From Thermoanaerobaculia bacterium (GTDB lineage: Bacteria > Acidobacteriota > Thermoanaerobaculia > Multivoradales > JAGPDF01): a DNA stretch of 64,000 bases. The notes beneath the pieces were generated by a model, which ran no database searches, was not told the origin of the DNA, and saw nothing but the letters and a program-made list of their open reading frames with translations. The translations under genes and the position numbers were made by a program. Below, piece by piece: positions 39,633 through 50,073 of the stretch (the first letter of the stretch is position 1; each line of letters begins with the position of its first letter). The stretch is taken from assembly GCA_036397015.1 (NCBI GenBank), contig DASWJT010000098.1, positions 529 through 64,528 of the forward strand. The letters run 5' to 3'.

Positions 39633-40096
39633 CGGCCGGCGGCCCCCGCCGCGCTGTGCGCCCGCATCAACCCGTCGAGCAGTCCGTTGACGAAGCGCCC
39701 GGAATGCTCGGAGCCGAAGCGCTTGGCGAGCTCCACCGCCTCGTCGACGACGACGAGCGGCGGCACGTCGGGGGCGTGGAGGAGCTCCCAGGCGGCGAGG
39801 CGCAGGATGTTGCGGTCGACCGCCGGCATGCGCTCCAGCCGCCAATGCTCGGTCTGGCCGCGGATGCAGGCGTCGATCTCGTCGCGGCAGGCGGCGACCG
39901 CCGCGGTCATCTCCCGCGCCTGCACGAGCGCCGGCTCGACCTCGGCGCCCGAAGCGCGCGGAGCGTCGCCTTCCCCCTCCTCGTCGCGCCGCGAGTCGAG
40001 ATAGTCGCGAGCGTCGAACGCGGCGAGCACCTCGGCGAGCGGCGCGCCGCCGAGATCGAGCTGGTAGAGCATCTGCACGGCCATCTCGCGCGCCAT
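39629..40096 (-). CDS. nusB: transcription antitermination factor NusB (155 aa)
   Basis: The N-terminus is [26 protein letters not shown] and [22 protein letters not shown] are also present. Confidence 0.93.
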   Translation of the reverse strand: MAREMAVQMLYQLDLGGAPLAEVLAAFDARDYLDSRRDEEGEGDAPRASGAEVEPALVQAREMTAAVAACRDEIDACIRGQTEHWRLERMPAVDRNILRLAAWELLHAPDVPPLVVVDEAVELAKRFGSEHSGRFVNGLLDGLMRAHSAAGAAGR

Positions 40097-40118
40097 GCGG
40101 CGCTTGCCGACCAGGTGG

Positions 40119-40610
40119 TCAGCGCGCGCCACGCGGCGCTCCCGGCGGCGGCAGCGCGAGAGCCAGGGCGAGCGCCGCGTCCACCGCCTCTTCGCCTTTG
40201 TTGCCGGCGTCGCCCCCCGCCCGCGCCCGCGCCTGCTCGAAGTCGTCGCAGGTGAGAACGCCGAAGCCGACCGGCACGGCGTGGCGCAGCGCGACGTCCA
40301 TGCAGCCGCGGCTGCACTCGCCGGCGATGAAGTCGAAGTGGGGGGTCGCGCCGCGCACCACGGCGGCGAGCGCGACGAGCGCGTCGTAGCGGCCGCGCCG
40401 AGCCAAACGCTCGAGCGCGACCGGGATCTCCCAGGCGCCGGCGACACGCACGATGTCGCGGTCGTCGGCGGCGACGCCGGCGCGGTCGAGCGCGGCGACG
40501 GCGCCGGCGAGCAGCGCATCGACGATCTCCTGGTTGAAGCGCGCAGCGACGACGCCGACGCGCAGCCCGACGGCGGAGAGAGCTGCGGCCGAGAGGCGTA
40601 GATGACTCAT
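40119..40610 (-). CDS. ribH: 6,7-dimethyl-8-ribityllumazine synthase (163 aa)
   Basis: The motifs are LRVGVVAARFN, VAGAWEIP, TPHFDFIA and FGVLTCD. It forms the classic ribH-nusB pair. Confidence 0.93.
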   Translation of the reverse strand: MSHLRLSAAALSAVGLRVGVVAARFNQEIVDALLAGAVAALDRAGVAADDRDIVRVAGAWEIPVALERLARRGRYDALVALAAVVRGATPHFDFIAGECSRGCMDVALRHAVPVGFGVLTCDDFEQARARAGGDAGNKGEEAVDAALALALALPPPGAPRGAR

Positions 40611-40676
40611 CTTCAAAGAGTTCCGACGACGACACACTCTAGCGGCGGCGCCGGAAAGGTGTCAATCGCGCGGCGG

Positions 40677-41405
40677 TCAGCCGTCGCCGAGCAGGCGGCG
40701 CAGCCAGAGGCCGTAAGCGGGCGCGAGGAGCGTCTTGAGCGCGGCGTCGGCGAGGACGCCGGCGAACGCCCAGGCGAGCCAGCGACGGTCGGCGCTGTCG
40801 AGGGCACGCGAGCGGCCGACGAGCAGCGGCCGGGCGAGGATCGATCCCAGAGCGACGAAGGCGACGACGCGCACCAGCGCCCAGGGGACCCACGCCGCCA
40901 GTGCGCCGAGGCACGGCAGGCCGCTCGACAGGGCGAAGGCGCCGACGAAGTAGTTCATGTAGGCGAGCAGCGCGGCGCCGAGGACCAGCCCGAGGTACCC
41001 CCCGCTGGCGAGCGAGAGCAGGGCGAAGGCGCCGAGGTGGAGGGCGTGCTCGGGCAGGAAGCGCGCCGGCTCGACCTCCTTGCCGATCCCGGTCTCGATC
41101 CACCGGAACATCTCGAGGCGATATGGCTCGGCGTTCCAGATGCCGCGCCCGGCAGCGCGCGGTGCCGCCTGCGTCAGCGCGATCGTGCTCACGCTGAGCA
41201 GCAACGCCCACAGCAGGCCGAAAGCGAACGCTCGCCCCCTGCGGTCGACGCGCACCGCGGCGGAGAACGCCGGCCAGAGCGGCAGCGGCGCGACCAGCGG
41301 CGCGAGCCAGCGACCGCCCGGCACGAGCGCGACGAGCGGCACGAGTGGCGTCAGCGCCAGCCAGCGCGCGGAGCGGTCCGCCGTCGCGGCCGCCTCTCCG
41401 CTCAC
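40677..41405 (-). CDS. hypothetical polytopic membrane protein (242 aa)
   Basis: It has 5-6 hydrophobic helices and GC-rich third codon positions. The GTG start overlaps the SDR stop (GTGA). No family was recognised. Confidence 0.6.
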   Translation of the reverse strand: MSGEAAATADRSARWLALTPLVPLVALVPGGRWLAPLVAPLPLWPAFSAAVRVDRRGRAFAFGLLWALLLSVSTIALTQAAPRAAGRGIWNAEPYRLEMFRWIETGIGKEVEPARFLPEHALHLGAFALLSLASGGYLGLVLGAALLAYMNYFVGAFALSSGLPCLGALAAWVPWALVRVVAFVALGSILARPLLVGRSRALDSADRRWLAWAFAGVLADAALKTLLAPAYGLWLRRLLGDG

Positions 41406-42118
41406 AAGTTGCCGCCCGGCGGCTGCAGGCGAATCTCCTCGATCCCGGCGCGGTCGCGGCTCTCCAGCGCCCAGACGAGGGCGCGCGCGACCTCCTCGGC
41501 CGGGATCATGCGCGAACGATCCCAGTCGCCCTCGACCGCGTCCCACAACGGCGTCTCGGTGGCACCGGGCGTCAGGGCGACGATCCGCACGCCGCTGCCG
41601 GCGAGCTCCTCGCGCAGCGCCTCGACCAGCCCGAGCGTCCCCCATTTGCTCGCGCAGTAGGCCGACCAGCCCGGGAAGCCGCGCCGCGCGGCGACGCTCA
41701 GGATCGGCACCAGCGTTCCTCTCCCCCGCTCGAGCATCGCCGGCAGGAAGGCGCGGAAGAGGAACGCCGTGCCGAGGAGGTTGGTCTCCACGCTCTCGCG
41801 GAGCGCCGCGGGCGCGAGCTCGTGCAGCTTGCCGACGCGGGCGACGCCGGCCGCGGCGACGACGGTCTCGACCTCGCCGAGCTCGGCTTCGATGCGTCGC
41901 GCCGTCGCCTCGACGGCGCGCTCGTCACCAACGTCGGTGGCGTACGCCGTGCCGCCCGTCTCGGCGGCGAGCGCGGCGAGCGGCGCCTCCCGGCGCCCGA
42001 GCAGGGCGACCGCGTCGCCGCGCGCCGCGAGAGCGCGCGCGATCGCCGCGCCGATCCCCGAGCCGGCGCCGCTCACTACCGCGACCGGGCGGGGCGACGG
42101 GCTCATTTGCTGGGCCAT
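41402..42118 (-). CDS. SDR-family short-chain dehydrogenase/reductase (238 aa)
   Basis: The cofactor motif is VSGAGSGIGAA and the catalytic motif is YCASK. The start is placed at ATG 42118 because the 21 upstream codons (GFRGSRVQIPA) are the translated tRNA-Pro gene. Confidence 0.88.
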   Translation of the reverse strand: MAQQMSPSPRPVAVVSGAGSGIGAAIARALAARGDAVALLGRREAPLAALAAETGGTAYATDVGDERAVEATARRIEAELGEVETVVAAAGVARVGKLHELAPAALRESVETNLLGTAFLFRAFLPAMLERGRGTLVPILSVAARRGFPGWSAYCASKWGTLGLVEALREELAGSGVRIVALTPGATETPLWDAVEGDWDRSRMIPAEEVARALVWALESRDRAGIEEIRLQPPGGNL

Positions 42119-42136
42119 GCGGAGGGCGAGGAAGAT

Positions 42137-42213
42137 TGGTCGGGACGCCGGGATTTGAACCCGGGACCCCCTGAACCCCATTCAGGTACGCTACCAGGCT
42201 GCGCCACGTCCCG
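42137..42213 (-). tRNA. tRNA-Pro (anticodon GGG), 77 nt, CCA encoded
   Basis: The reverse complement reads CGGGACG-TG-GCGCAGCCTGGTAGCGT...CCTGA-ATGGGGT-TCAGG...CCGGGTTCAAATCCCGG-CGTCCCG-A-CCA. Confidence 0.9.
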
Positions 42214-42227
42214 ACCGGAAATGCGAG

Positions 42228-42674
42228 CTAACGACGGGCCTGCAGGAGGTCGAGGATCGCCCGCGCCTCGTCGAGCGCGTCGGCGAGCCCTCGCCGCAGG
42301 GTTTCTATCCGCTCGTCGTCGCGAGTGTCAAGCGCGTCGGTGCCCGATCGCTCGCTCGCGACCTCGCTCTCGGCGGCCGGCTCCTCGTCGCCCGCTTCGA
42401 AGAGCGGTGCCGCCTTGCGCTTGCCGCCGCGCGCCGGCGCCACGGGCTCGCTCTCGAGTTTCTTCTTGGCGCCGGCGATCGTGTAGCCCTCGTCGTAGAG
42501 CAGCGTCTTGATGCGCCCCAGGACGGCGACCTCCTCGGCGGTGAAGACGCGATTGCCGGCCGCGCCCGTTTCCTCGCCGCGCAGCAACGGGAACTCCGTC
42601 AGCCAGTAGCGCAGCACGTACGGCTGCAAGTCGAGCTGCTTGCAGACCTCGCCGAGTCGTAGGCCTTTCTTCAT
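42228..42674 (-). CDS. MerR-family transcriptional regulator (148 aa)
   Basis: The N-terminal HTH is LRLGEVCKQLDLQPYVLRYWLTEF, followed by FTAEEVAVLGRIKTLLYDEGYTIAGAKKKL. Confidence 0.85.
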   Translation of the reverse strand: MKKGLRLGEVCKQLDLQPYVLRYWLTEFPLLRGEETGAAGNRVFTAEEVAVLGRIKTLLYDEGYTIAGAKKKLESEPVAPARGGKRKAAPLFEAGDEEPAAESEVASERSGTDALDTRDDERIETLRRGLADALDEARAILDLLQARR

Positions 42675-42689
42675 CGTCGCGCCGCGATC

Positions 42690-44018
42690 CTAAGCCGAGG
42701 CGGCATCCGCGGTCGAGCGGCGCCGCACGACGAGCCGGATCGGAACGCCGGCGAGACCGAGCGCCTCGCGCAGCCGGTTCTCGAGGTAGCGCCGGTAGGA
42801 ATGCGCGATCGGGAGGGCGCGGTTGGCGAAGAGCATGAAGGTGGGCGGGGCGACGGCGACCTGCGTGGCGTAGAAGAGCTTCCACGGCCGGTCGCCGAGA
42901 GCGGGCGGCCGGTGCGCCGCCACGGCGCGCTCGAGCAGCCGGTTGAGCTCGCCGGTCGAGAGCTCCGTGCGCAGCGCGCGCCGCACGGCGGCGACGTGCT
43001 GGAAGAGCTTCTCGACGCCGCGCCCGGTCACCGCCGAGAGGTTCAGGCGCGGTGGATCGGCGAGCAGCTCGGCGAGGCGGGGCCACGAGCGTTCGAGCCG
43101 CTCGCGGCCGGCGTCGTCGAGCAAGTCCCATTTGTTGACTGCCACGACGGCAGCGCGGCCGGCGTCCCAGATGGCGCCGGCCACCGCCAGGTCGCCGGCG
43201 GTCACCCCTTGCGGCGCCTCGATCACCAGGACCGCGACGTCGGCGCGCTCGATCTGGCGCCGGGCGAGCATGACGGCGAGCTCTTCGGGCGCGCCGGAGA
43301 CCTTGGCGCGCCGCCGGATCCCGGCCGTGTCGATGAGGAGGAAGCGACCCTCCTCGCGCTCGATGAGCGTGTCGACGGGGTCGCGGGTCGTGCCCGGCTC
43401 CGGCGCGACCAGCACCCGCGCCTCGCCGAGGATGCGGTTGACGAGCGAGCTCTTGCCGACGTTGGGTCGGCCGACGATCGCCACCGGCGCCACTTCGCGC
43501 TCGTCGGCCTCGGCCGGCGCCGCCGGCGGCAGCAGCGCCAGAATGCGATCCACGAGCTCGCCCAGGCCCTCGCCGTGCTCGGCGGAAACCAGCATCGGCT
43601 CGCCGAGGCCGAAGCCCCAGAGCTCGCCGACGCCCTCGCGCGCGACGCGCACGTCGGCCTTGTTGGCGACCAGCACGATCTGCTTCGCCCGCCGCCGAAT
43701 GGCATCGAGCACGCGCTCGTCGGCGGCGGTGCGGCCGGCGGCGCCGTCGACGACGAAGAGCACGACGTCGCTCGCCTCCACCGCTATCAGCACCTGCTCG
43801 TTGAGCTCCGTGCCCTCGCCGGGTACGAGCCCGCCGGTGTCGATGCACTGCACGGGTCGTCCGGGGGCGAGGTCGGCGACGACGACGATGCGATCGCGCG
43901 TCACGCCGGGCTGGTCGTGCACGATCGACCGCCGCTGGCGGACGAGACGGTTGAAGAGGGTCGACTTGCCGACGTTGGGGCGGCCGACGACGGCGACCGC
44001 CGGCGTCACCGCGCTCAC
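42690..44018 (-). CDS. der: ribosome-associated GTPase Der/EngA (442 aa)
   Basis: It has two G domains (GRPNVGKSTLFNRL and GRPNVGKSSLVNRI, each with DTGG/DTAG and NKxD) plus a KH-like C-terminus. The GTG start overlaps the upstream stop (GTGA). Confidence 0.95.
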   Translation of the reverse strand: MSAVTPAVAVVGRPNVGKSTLFNRLVRQRRSIVHDQPGVTRDRIVVVADLAPGRPVQCIDTGGLVPGEGTELNEQVLIAVEASDVVLFVVDGAAGRTAADERVLDAIRRRAKQIVLVANKADVRVAREGVGELWGFGLGEPMLVSAEHGEGLGELVDRILALLPPAAPAEADEREVAPVAIVGRPNVGKSSLVNRILGEARVLVAPEPGTTRDPVDTLIEREEGRFLLIDTAGIRRRAKVSGAPEELAVMLARRQIERADVAVLVIEAPQGVTAGDLAVAGAIWDAGRAAVVAVNKWDLLDDAGRERLERSWPRLAELLADPPRLNLSAVTGRGVEKLFQHVAAVRRALRTELSTGELNRLLERAVAAHRPPALGDRPWKLFYATQVAVAPPTFMLFANRALPIAHSYRRYLENRLREALGLAGVPIRLVVRRRSTADAASA

Positions 44019-44488
44019 GACCCGGCGCTGGAGGTGCGCAGCAGCCGGGAGAGGACCCGCCACTTCCCCGCCTCGCGGATCAGGCTGTAGGTGAGCCGGT
44101 TCTCCTGCGCCAGGGACTCGGAGACCAGCTGCTCGGCCCCCAGGGTGACGACGCGCAGGTCCCAGATCTCGAGCGTGTTCACCGCCACCGAGGTGTGGCC
44201 GGCGCGCTCGATCGACTCGATCGTCAGGCTGCGCAGCTCCGGACGCAGTGCCCGGCCCTCGTCGGCCAGCTCGCGAATCGAGATCTCGAGCCGCTGCCGC
44301 TCGCGTCCGGTGGCCACCGTCGCGATCCGTTCGGCGTCGCCGGCGCGATACGCCTCCGCCATCGCCTCGGCGTACGCCGCGAGCACCTGCTCGATCGCGA
44401 GCCGCTCGTCGGCGCCCACCTCGCGACCCGCGCCGCAGCTCGCGAGCGCCAGGACCGCCAGCGGCAAAGCGAAGCGACGCAACCACAT
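44015..44488 (-). CDS. hypothetical lipoprotein, possibly NTF2/SnoaL-like fold (157 aa)
   Basis: The signal peptide ends in the lipobox LALASC. It is translationally coupled to der. The fold guess rests only on the alpha+beta pattern. Confidence 0.55.
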   Translation of the reverse strand: MWLRRFALPLAVLALASCGAGREVGADERLAIEQVLAAYAEAMAEAYRAGDAERIATVATGRERQRLEISIRELADEGRALRPELRSLTIESIERAGHTSVAVNTLEIWDLRVVTLGAEQLVSESLAQENRLTYSLIREAGKWRVLSRLLRTSSAGS

Positions 44489-44558
44489 GGAGAGCGACAG
44501 CGTAACACGCGGAGGCGCGCGTTCGGTTGACACCCCACCGGGCGTTGCCTAGGATCGT

Positions 44559-44652
<94 letters not shown>

Positions 44653-44842
44653 GCCCGTGGATCGATCGCCGGGCCCTCCTCCGCGGCGCCTCGCAAAGCG
44701 GTCGATTCACCCGGCAGCAGCCTGGCCGCCGCGCCCTCGGCCCCGCTCGGCGCGAGCGCGGCGCCCGCCCGCGCGGGTGGCGACGCGCGACTCCTCGCCG
44801 CGGACACTTGCCGTGAGGAGCCCTCCCCGGAAGGAGGCCCGC

Positions 44843-45760
44843 ATGCTGCGCATCCACAAGATCCTCTTCCCCACCGACTTCTCCCCCGCCAGCCGCGCCG
44901 CGCTCGATCACGCCCTGTTGTGGACCGAGCTCGGCGACGCCGAGCTCGTGCTGCTCCACGTGCTGTCGCCGCGCACGGCCGACCCCTTCAACCCCGCGCA
45001 CCACTTCCCTGCTCCCGAGGAGTTCGAGGCGCGACTGCATCAGCTCGCCGACAGCGAGATGGCTCTGTTCGTGCCCAAGACCGAGAAGCCCCTGCGCATC
45101 CGGCAGGTGGTGCGGCGCGCACCTGCGGTCGAGCGCGGCATCCTCGACTTCGCCGAGAGCGACGACGTCGATCTCATCGTCCTCGGCACGCACGGGCGGC
45201 GCGGCCCGGCGCACCTGCTCATCGGCAGCACCGCCGCGGAGCTGCTGCGCCGCAGCGAGCGCGCCGTGCTCGTCGTGCCGTCACGCTCGCAGCGCAAGGC
45301 CGGGCGGCTCCGCCGCATCCTGGCACCGACCGATTTCTCCGCCTCGGCGCGGCACGCCATCGCCCACGCCCGCGAGCTCGCCGCCTCGACCGGCGCCACG
45401 CTCGAGCTCTTCCACGTGCTGCCCAGCCTCGAGGTGCCGCTGCCGATGAATCCTGGCAGCTTCGGAGGCGGCATCGTCGCGGAGCTCGAGCCGGCGGCGC
45501 GCGCGGCGCTCGCCGAGCTCGCCGCCGCGGCGGGCGCCGAGGTCAAGGTCGAGACCGAGGTCTGGCAGGGGCCGGCAGCGGCGACGATCCTCAACCGCGC
45601 CGCCGAGACCGAGGCCGACCTGATCGTGCTCGCCACCCACGGCCACAGCGGGCTCGATCGCCTGCTGCTCGGCAGCGTCACCGAGAAGGTCGCCCGCCTG
45701 TCGTCGTGTCCGGTGCTGGTGCTGCCGGCCCACGGCTGGTCGCTCCTGCCCGAGGCCTGA
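44843..45760 (+). CDS. tandem universal stress protein (two UspA domains, 305 aa)
   Basis: It contains two copies of the Usp pattern (ILFPTDFS...DLIVLGTHGRRG...GSTAAELLRRSERAVLVV and ILAPTDFS...DLIVLATHGHSG...GSVTEKVARLSSCPVLVL). An AAGGAGG SD is present. Confidence 0.9.
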   Translation: MLRIHKILFPTDFSPASRAALDHALLWTELGDAELVLLHVLSPRTADPFNPAHHFPAPEEFEARLHQLADSEMALFVPKTEKPLRIRQVVRRAPAVERGILDFAESDDVDLIVLGTHGRRGPAHLLIGSTAAELLRRSERAVLVVPSRSQRKAGRLRRILAPTDFSASARHAIAHARELAASTGATLELFHVLPSLEVPLPMNPGSFGGGIVAELEPAARAALAELAAAAGAEVKVETEVWQGPAAATILNRAAETEADLIVLATHGHSGLDRLLLGSVTEKVARLSSCPVLVLPAHGWSLLPEA

Positions 45761-45766
45761 GCGGCC

Positions 45767-47026
<1,260 letters not shown>

Positions 47027-47028
47027 CC

Positions 47029-47050
47029 GCCGACCCTAAGTTAGGGCGGC
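47029..47050. promoter_or_regulatory. 22-bp near-perfect palindrome abutting the symporter start codon
   Basis: GCCGACCCTAA-g-TTAGGGCGGC begins 3 nt from the ATG (47024-47026, minus strand). The 1-nt centre argues for a dimeric-protein operator rather than an RNA hairpin. Confidence 0.3.
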
Positions 47051-47106
47051 TCCACTCGCAAGCTGCCTCGGGCCCGCGCGGCCAGAGCGCCGATTCGCAC
47101 GCTGTG

Positions 47107-47619
47107 CTAGGGGAGGTCTTCCTGGTCGCGTCGCTGCTTCTCCGCCTCGTCCAACCATCCCCGCCGCAGCACTTTCGAATCGACGCTCGAGAGGTACGGC
47201 TTGAGGTCGAGCACCGGAGTCCCGTCGAGGATGTCGAGGCCGCGCACGCGCAGGATGTTGCCCTCGCGGCCGAGGAGCTCGACGACGGTGAGGCCGAGCG
47301 GATTCGGGCGGCGCGGCGAGCGCGTGGCGAAGACGCCGTGCTCTTTGCCGTCGGTGGGATTGCGGCCGACGAGCTCGAAGCCCTCGGCACGGTGGAAGAC
47401 CCAGAGAACGTAGAGGTGCGAGAAGCCCTCGATGTCGCGCAGCCCGTCGGCGAGCTCGAGCCGCAGCTCGATGGTCCCCTCGGCGGCGTGACGGGCGCCG
47501 AGGCCCTTGGGCACGTCCGCCGTCGACCGATACGGCGAGCGCACGACGCCGATCGGGCGGAGCTCGATCGCCGCCGGCGTCGTGGCCACTCGGTCGTTGG
47601 ATCGTCGCCAGTTCGTCAT
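47107..47619 (-). CDS. trmO: tRNA (t6A37-N6)-methyltransferase TrmO/TsaA family (170 aa)
   Basis: The UPF0066 pattern is IGVVRSPY...GFSHLYVLWVFH...FATRSPRRPNPLGLTVV...GLDILDGTPVLDLKPY. Confidence 0.88.
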   Translation of the reverse strand: MTNWRRSNDRVATTPAAIELRPIGVVRSPYRSTADVPKGLGARHAAEGTIELRLELADGLRDIEGFSHLYVLWVFHRAEGFELVGRNPTDGKEHGVFATRSPRRPNPLGLTVVELLGREGNILRVRGLDILDGTPVLDLKPYLSSVDSKVLRRGWLDEAEKQRRDQEDLP

Positions 47620-47672
47620 TTGATCCTCGCTGCCGCAGCCGATAGACTAGCCCGGCCCGTGCCGGAGGAGAT

Positions 47673-48695
47673 TTGAGCTCAAAGCAGACCGTCTCGACCG
47701 AAGCCTCGCTGCGCCACCTCGTCGCCCCATTCGCCCGCCCGATCAAGCGGCGGGCATTGGCTCAGCTGCTCGACACCATCTTGCCGTTCGTGGCGCTCTG
47801 GACGCTCATGGCGCAGAGCGTGTACCGCGACTGGGGCTACCTGTGGACCGTGCTGCTGGCGGTGCCCGCAGCCGGCCTCTACGTCCGCCTCTTCATCATC
47901 CAGCACGACTGCGGGCACGGCTCGTTCTTCGCCGACCGCAAGCTCGACCACGCCGTCGGCGCCGCGATCGGCGTCGCCACGCTCTTCCCCTTCGGCTACT
48001 GGAAGAAGACGCACGCCATCCACCACGCGACGTCGGGCAACCTCGACCGCCGCGAGCTCGGCGACGTCGCCACCCTGACGGTGCGCGAGTACCGGGCGCG
48101 GCCGTGGCGCAAGCGGTTCGGCTACCGGCTCTACCGCAGCGCGCCGGTGCTCTTTCTCGTCGGACCGATCTTCCAGTTCCTGATCAAGCACCGCTTCCCC
48201 TTCGACATCCCGTTGTCGTGGAAGAAGGAGTGGGCCAGCGTGCTGTGGAACAACCTCTGGATCGTCGTCGTCGGCTGGGGTCTGTCGCGGCTCGTCGGCT
48301 GGCAGACGGTGCTGCTCGTGCACGTGCCGATCGTGGTCATCGCCGGCGCCGCCGGCATCTGGCTGTTCTACGTCCAGCACCAGTTCGAGCACGCTTACTG
48401 GGAGCGCCAGGAGAGCTGGGATCCGGACGAGGCGGCGGTCCAGGGCAGCTCGTTCTACGACCTCCCCCGCTGGCTGCACTGGTGGACCGGCAACATCGGC
48501 TATCACCACATCCATCACCTGGCGAGCAAGGTGCCGAACTACCGCCTGCGCGAGTGCTTCGAGTCGAGCGCTCTCCTGCAGAGAGCGCCGCGCCTGCGCT
48601 TCTGGGAGAGCTTCCACTGCGCGCGCCTCAAGCTCTGGGACGAAGAGGCCAAGCGTCTGGTGCCATTCTCCCGGCTGCGCGCCCTGACGACTTGA
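47673..48695 (+). CDS. membrane fatty-acid desaturase (340 aa)
   Basis: The three His boxes are HDCGH, HAIHH and HHIHH, with TM helices in between. The start is TTG after a GGAGGAG SD. Confidence 0.9.
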   Translation: MSSKQTVSTEASLRHLVAPFARPIKRRALAQLLDTILPFVALWTLMAQSVYRDWGYLWTVLLAVPAAGLYVRLFIIQHDCGHGSFFADRKLDHAVGAAIGVATLFPFGYWKKTHAIHHATSGNLDRRELGDVATLTVREYRARPWRKRFGYRLYRSAPVLFLVGPIFQFLIKHRFPFDIPLSWKKEWASVLWNNLWIVVVGWGLSRLVGWQTVLLVHVPIVVIAGAAGIWLFYVQHQFEHAYWERQESWDPDEAAVQGSSFYDLPRWLHWWTGNIGYHHIHHLASKVPNYRLRECFESSALLQRAPRLRFWESFHCARLKLWDEEAKRLVPFSRLRALTT

Positions 48696-48723
48696 GTCGG
48701 GCCTTCGCCCCGGCGCGGCCCTC

Positions 48724-49467
48724 TCAGCCGGGTCGCTGCGGCAGAGCGTAGAGCAGCACCGCGAAGTAGTGGCAGGCGCTGCCGGCGAGCACGAACAGGT
48801 GCCAGACGAAGTGCCCGTAGCGCAGGCGTTCCCAGGCGAAGAAGGCGAGACCGGCGGTATAGGCGACGCCGCCGGCGACGAGCAGGGCCACTCCGCCCGG
48901 CGCCAGCGCGCGCACCAGCGGCCCGAAGGCGAAGACGACCGACCACCCCATTGCCACGTAGAGCGCGACCGAGACGATCGGCGCGCGACCCAGGGCGACG
49001 CTCTTGAAGACGACGCCGGCGACTGCCGCCGTCCACACCACGCCGAAGAGCGCCCAGCCCCACGGTCCGCGCAGCGGTCCGAGAGTGAACGGCGTGTAGG
49101 TGCCGGCGATCAAGAGATAGATCGCCGAGTGGTCGAGGACGCGGAAGATCCGCTTCGTGCGCGGATCGGGGAGAGCGTGGTAGAGCGTCGAGACGGTGTA
49201 GAGGAGCACCAGCGTGGCGCCGAACACCGCCGACGAAGTCACCGCCCAGGCGTCGCCGCGCCGCGCCGAGACCGCCACCAGCCCGGCCAGTCCGGCGATC
49301 GCCAGCACCGCGCCGACGCCGTGGCTCACCGTGTGGGCGATCTCCTCCCCCACGCTCCACCCCCGCCCCGCCGTTCGTCCTCGCACGCGGCGCACGATAG
49401 CGCGGTCCGGCTCCAGCGCGGCGCGCGCCTGTCGTCGACTCTTGACAAACGCCGAACGGAAGCGCAC
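48724..49467 (-). CDS. hemolysin-III / PAQR-family channel protein (up to 247 aa; start uncertain)
   Basis: It has seven TM helices with the motifs EEIAHTVSHGVG, STLYH, LDHSAIYLLIAGTYTP and HLFVLAGSACHY. Confidence 0.88.
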   Translation of the reverse strand: MRFRSAFVKSRRQARAALEPDRAIVRRVRGRTAGRGWSVGEEIAHTVSHGVGAVLAIAGLAGLVAVSARRGDAWAVTSSAVFGATLVLLYTVSTLYHALPDPRTKRIFRVLDHSAIYLLIAGTYTPFTLGPLRGPWGWALFGVVWTAAVAGVVFKSVALGRAPIVSVALYVAMGWSVVFAFGPLVRALAPGGVALLVAGGVAYTAGLAFFAWERLRYGHFVWHLFVLAGSACHYFAVLLYALPQRPG

Positions 49468-49715
49468 CCTAAGACAGCATCACGACGGGCTCGTCCATGA
49501 GTCCGGGCAACCTGGGAGCGGACGCCCAAGGTGCCGAGCCGCGGACGCGCGGCGATGTGGTCGCAGCGGCGACGCTGCGGCAACCAAGCGCCCGGTGGGG
49601 CCCGCCCTCGGAGAATCGAATCGTCGGGGGTCGGGCCCCTTGTCTTGGTGGGCCGCTCTCTCCCCGACCTCGCCGCTAGAATGCAGAGGGGGGAGACTCG
49701 ACTCCGGAGGACGAC

Positions 49716-50039
49716 ATGGCCAGCAAGAACGCCAGCTTCGAAACCACGCTCGCCGCGCTCGGCAAGAAAGCCGACGAGGCGCGCGACAAGCTCGCCGAGA
49801 TGACCGACGAAGGCGCCAAGGCGGCGGCCAAGCAGCTGCAGAAGGCGTCGAAGGCCACCAACGCCAAGCTCAAGCAGCTGCAGCAGGATTGGCAGAAGCT
49901 CGAGCCGAAGAAGAAGGCGCAGATCATCGCCGGCGTGCTCGGCGCCATCGCCGCCGTCGCCGTCCCCGTCGTCGTGGCGAAGAAGAGGAAGGCGGCGAAG
50001 AAGAGAGCCGCGAGCGCCGCTGCACCGGCCGAGGGCTGA
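49716..50039 (+). CDS. small Lys/Ala-rich tail-anchored protein, paralog 1 (107 aa)
   Basis: A GGAGGA SD and a TAGAAT -10 box (49677-49682) are present. An amphipathic K/A/Q/E N-terminal part is followed by the W-x-K-x(3)-KKKA motif. Next comes a single TM helix (IIAGVLGAIAAVAVPVVVA) and a basic tail. It is clearly homologous to 56581-57024. Confidence 0.75.
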   Translation: MASKNASFETTLAALGKKADEARDKLAEMTDEGAKAAAKQLQKASKATNAKLKQLQQDWQKLEPKKKAQIIAGVLGAIAAVAVPVVVAKKRKAAKKRAASAAAPAEG

Positions 50040-50045
50040 GCGCCT

Positions 50046-50073
50046 CGCCCCGCCGGCACCTCACGGCGGGGCG
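50046..50073. terminator. 10-bp GC hairpin between convergent genes (bidirectional terminator candidate)
   Basis: CGCCCCGCCG-gcacctca-CGGCGGGGCG is followed by TCCGTTTCG. It spans the stop codon of the convergent peptidase gene. Confidence 0.5.

Noticed and set aside
42119-42181. An N-terminal extension of the SDR ORF (MGFRGSRVQIPASRPIFLALR).
   Set aside because: GFRGSRVQIPA is the literal translation of the tRNA-Pro T-arm and acceptor region. The real start is ATG 42118, downstream of the tRNA.
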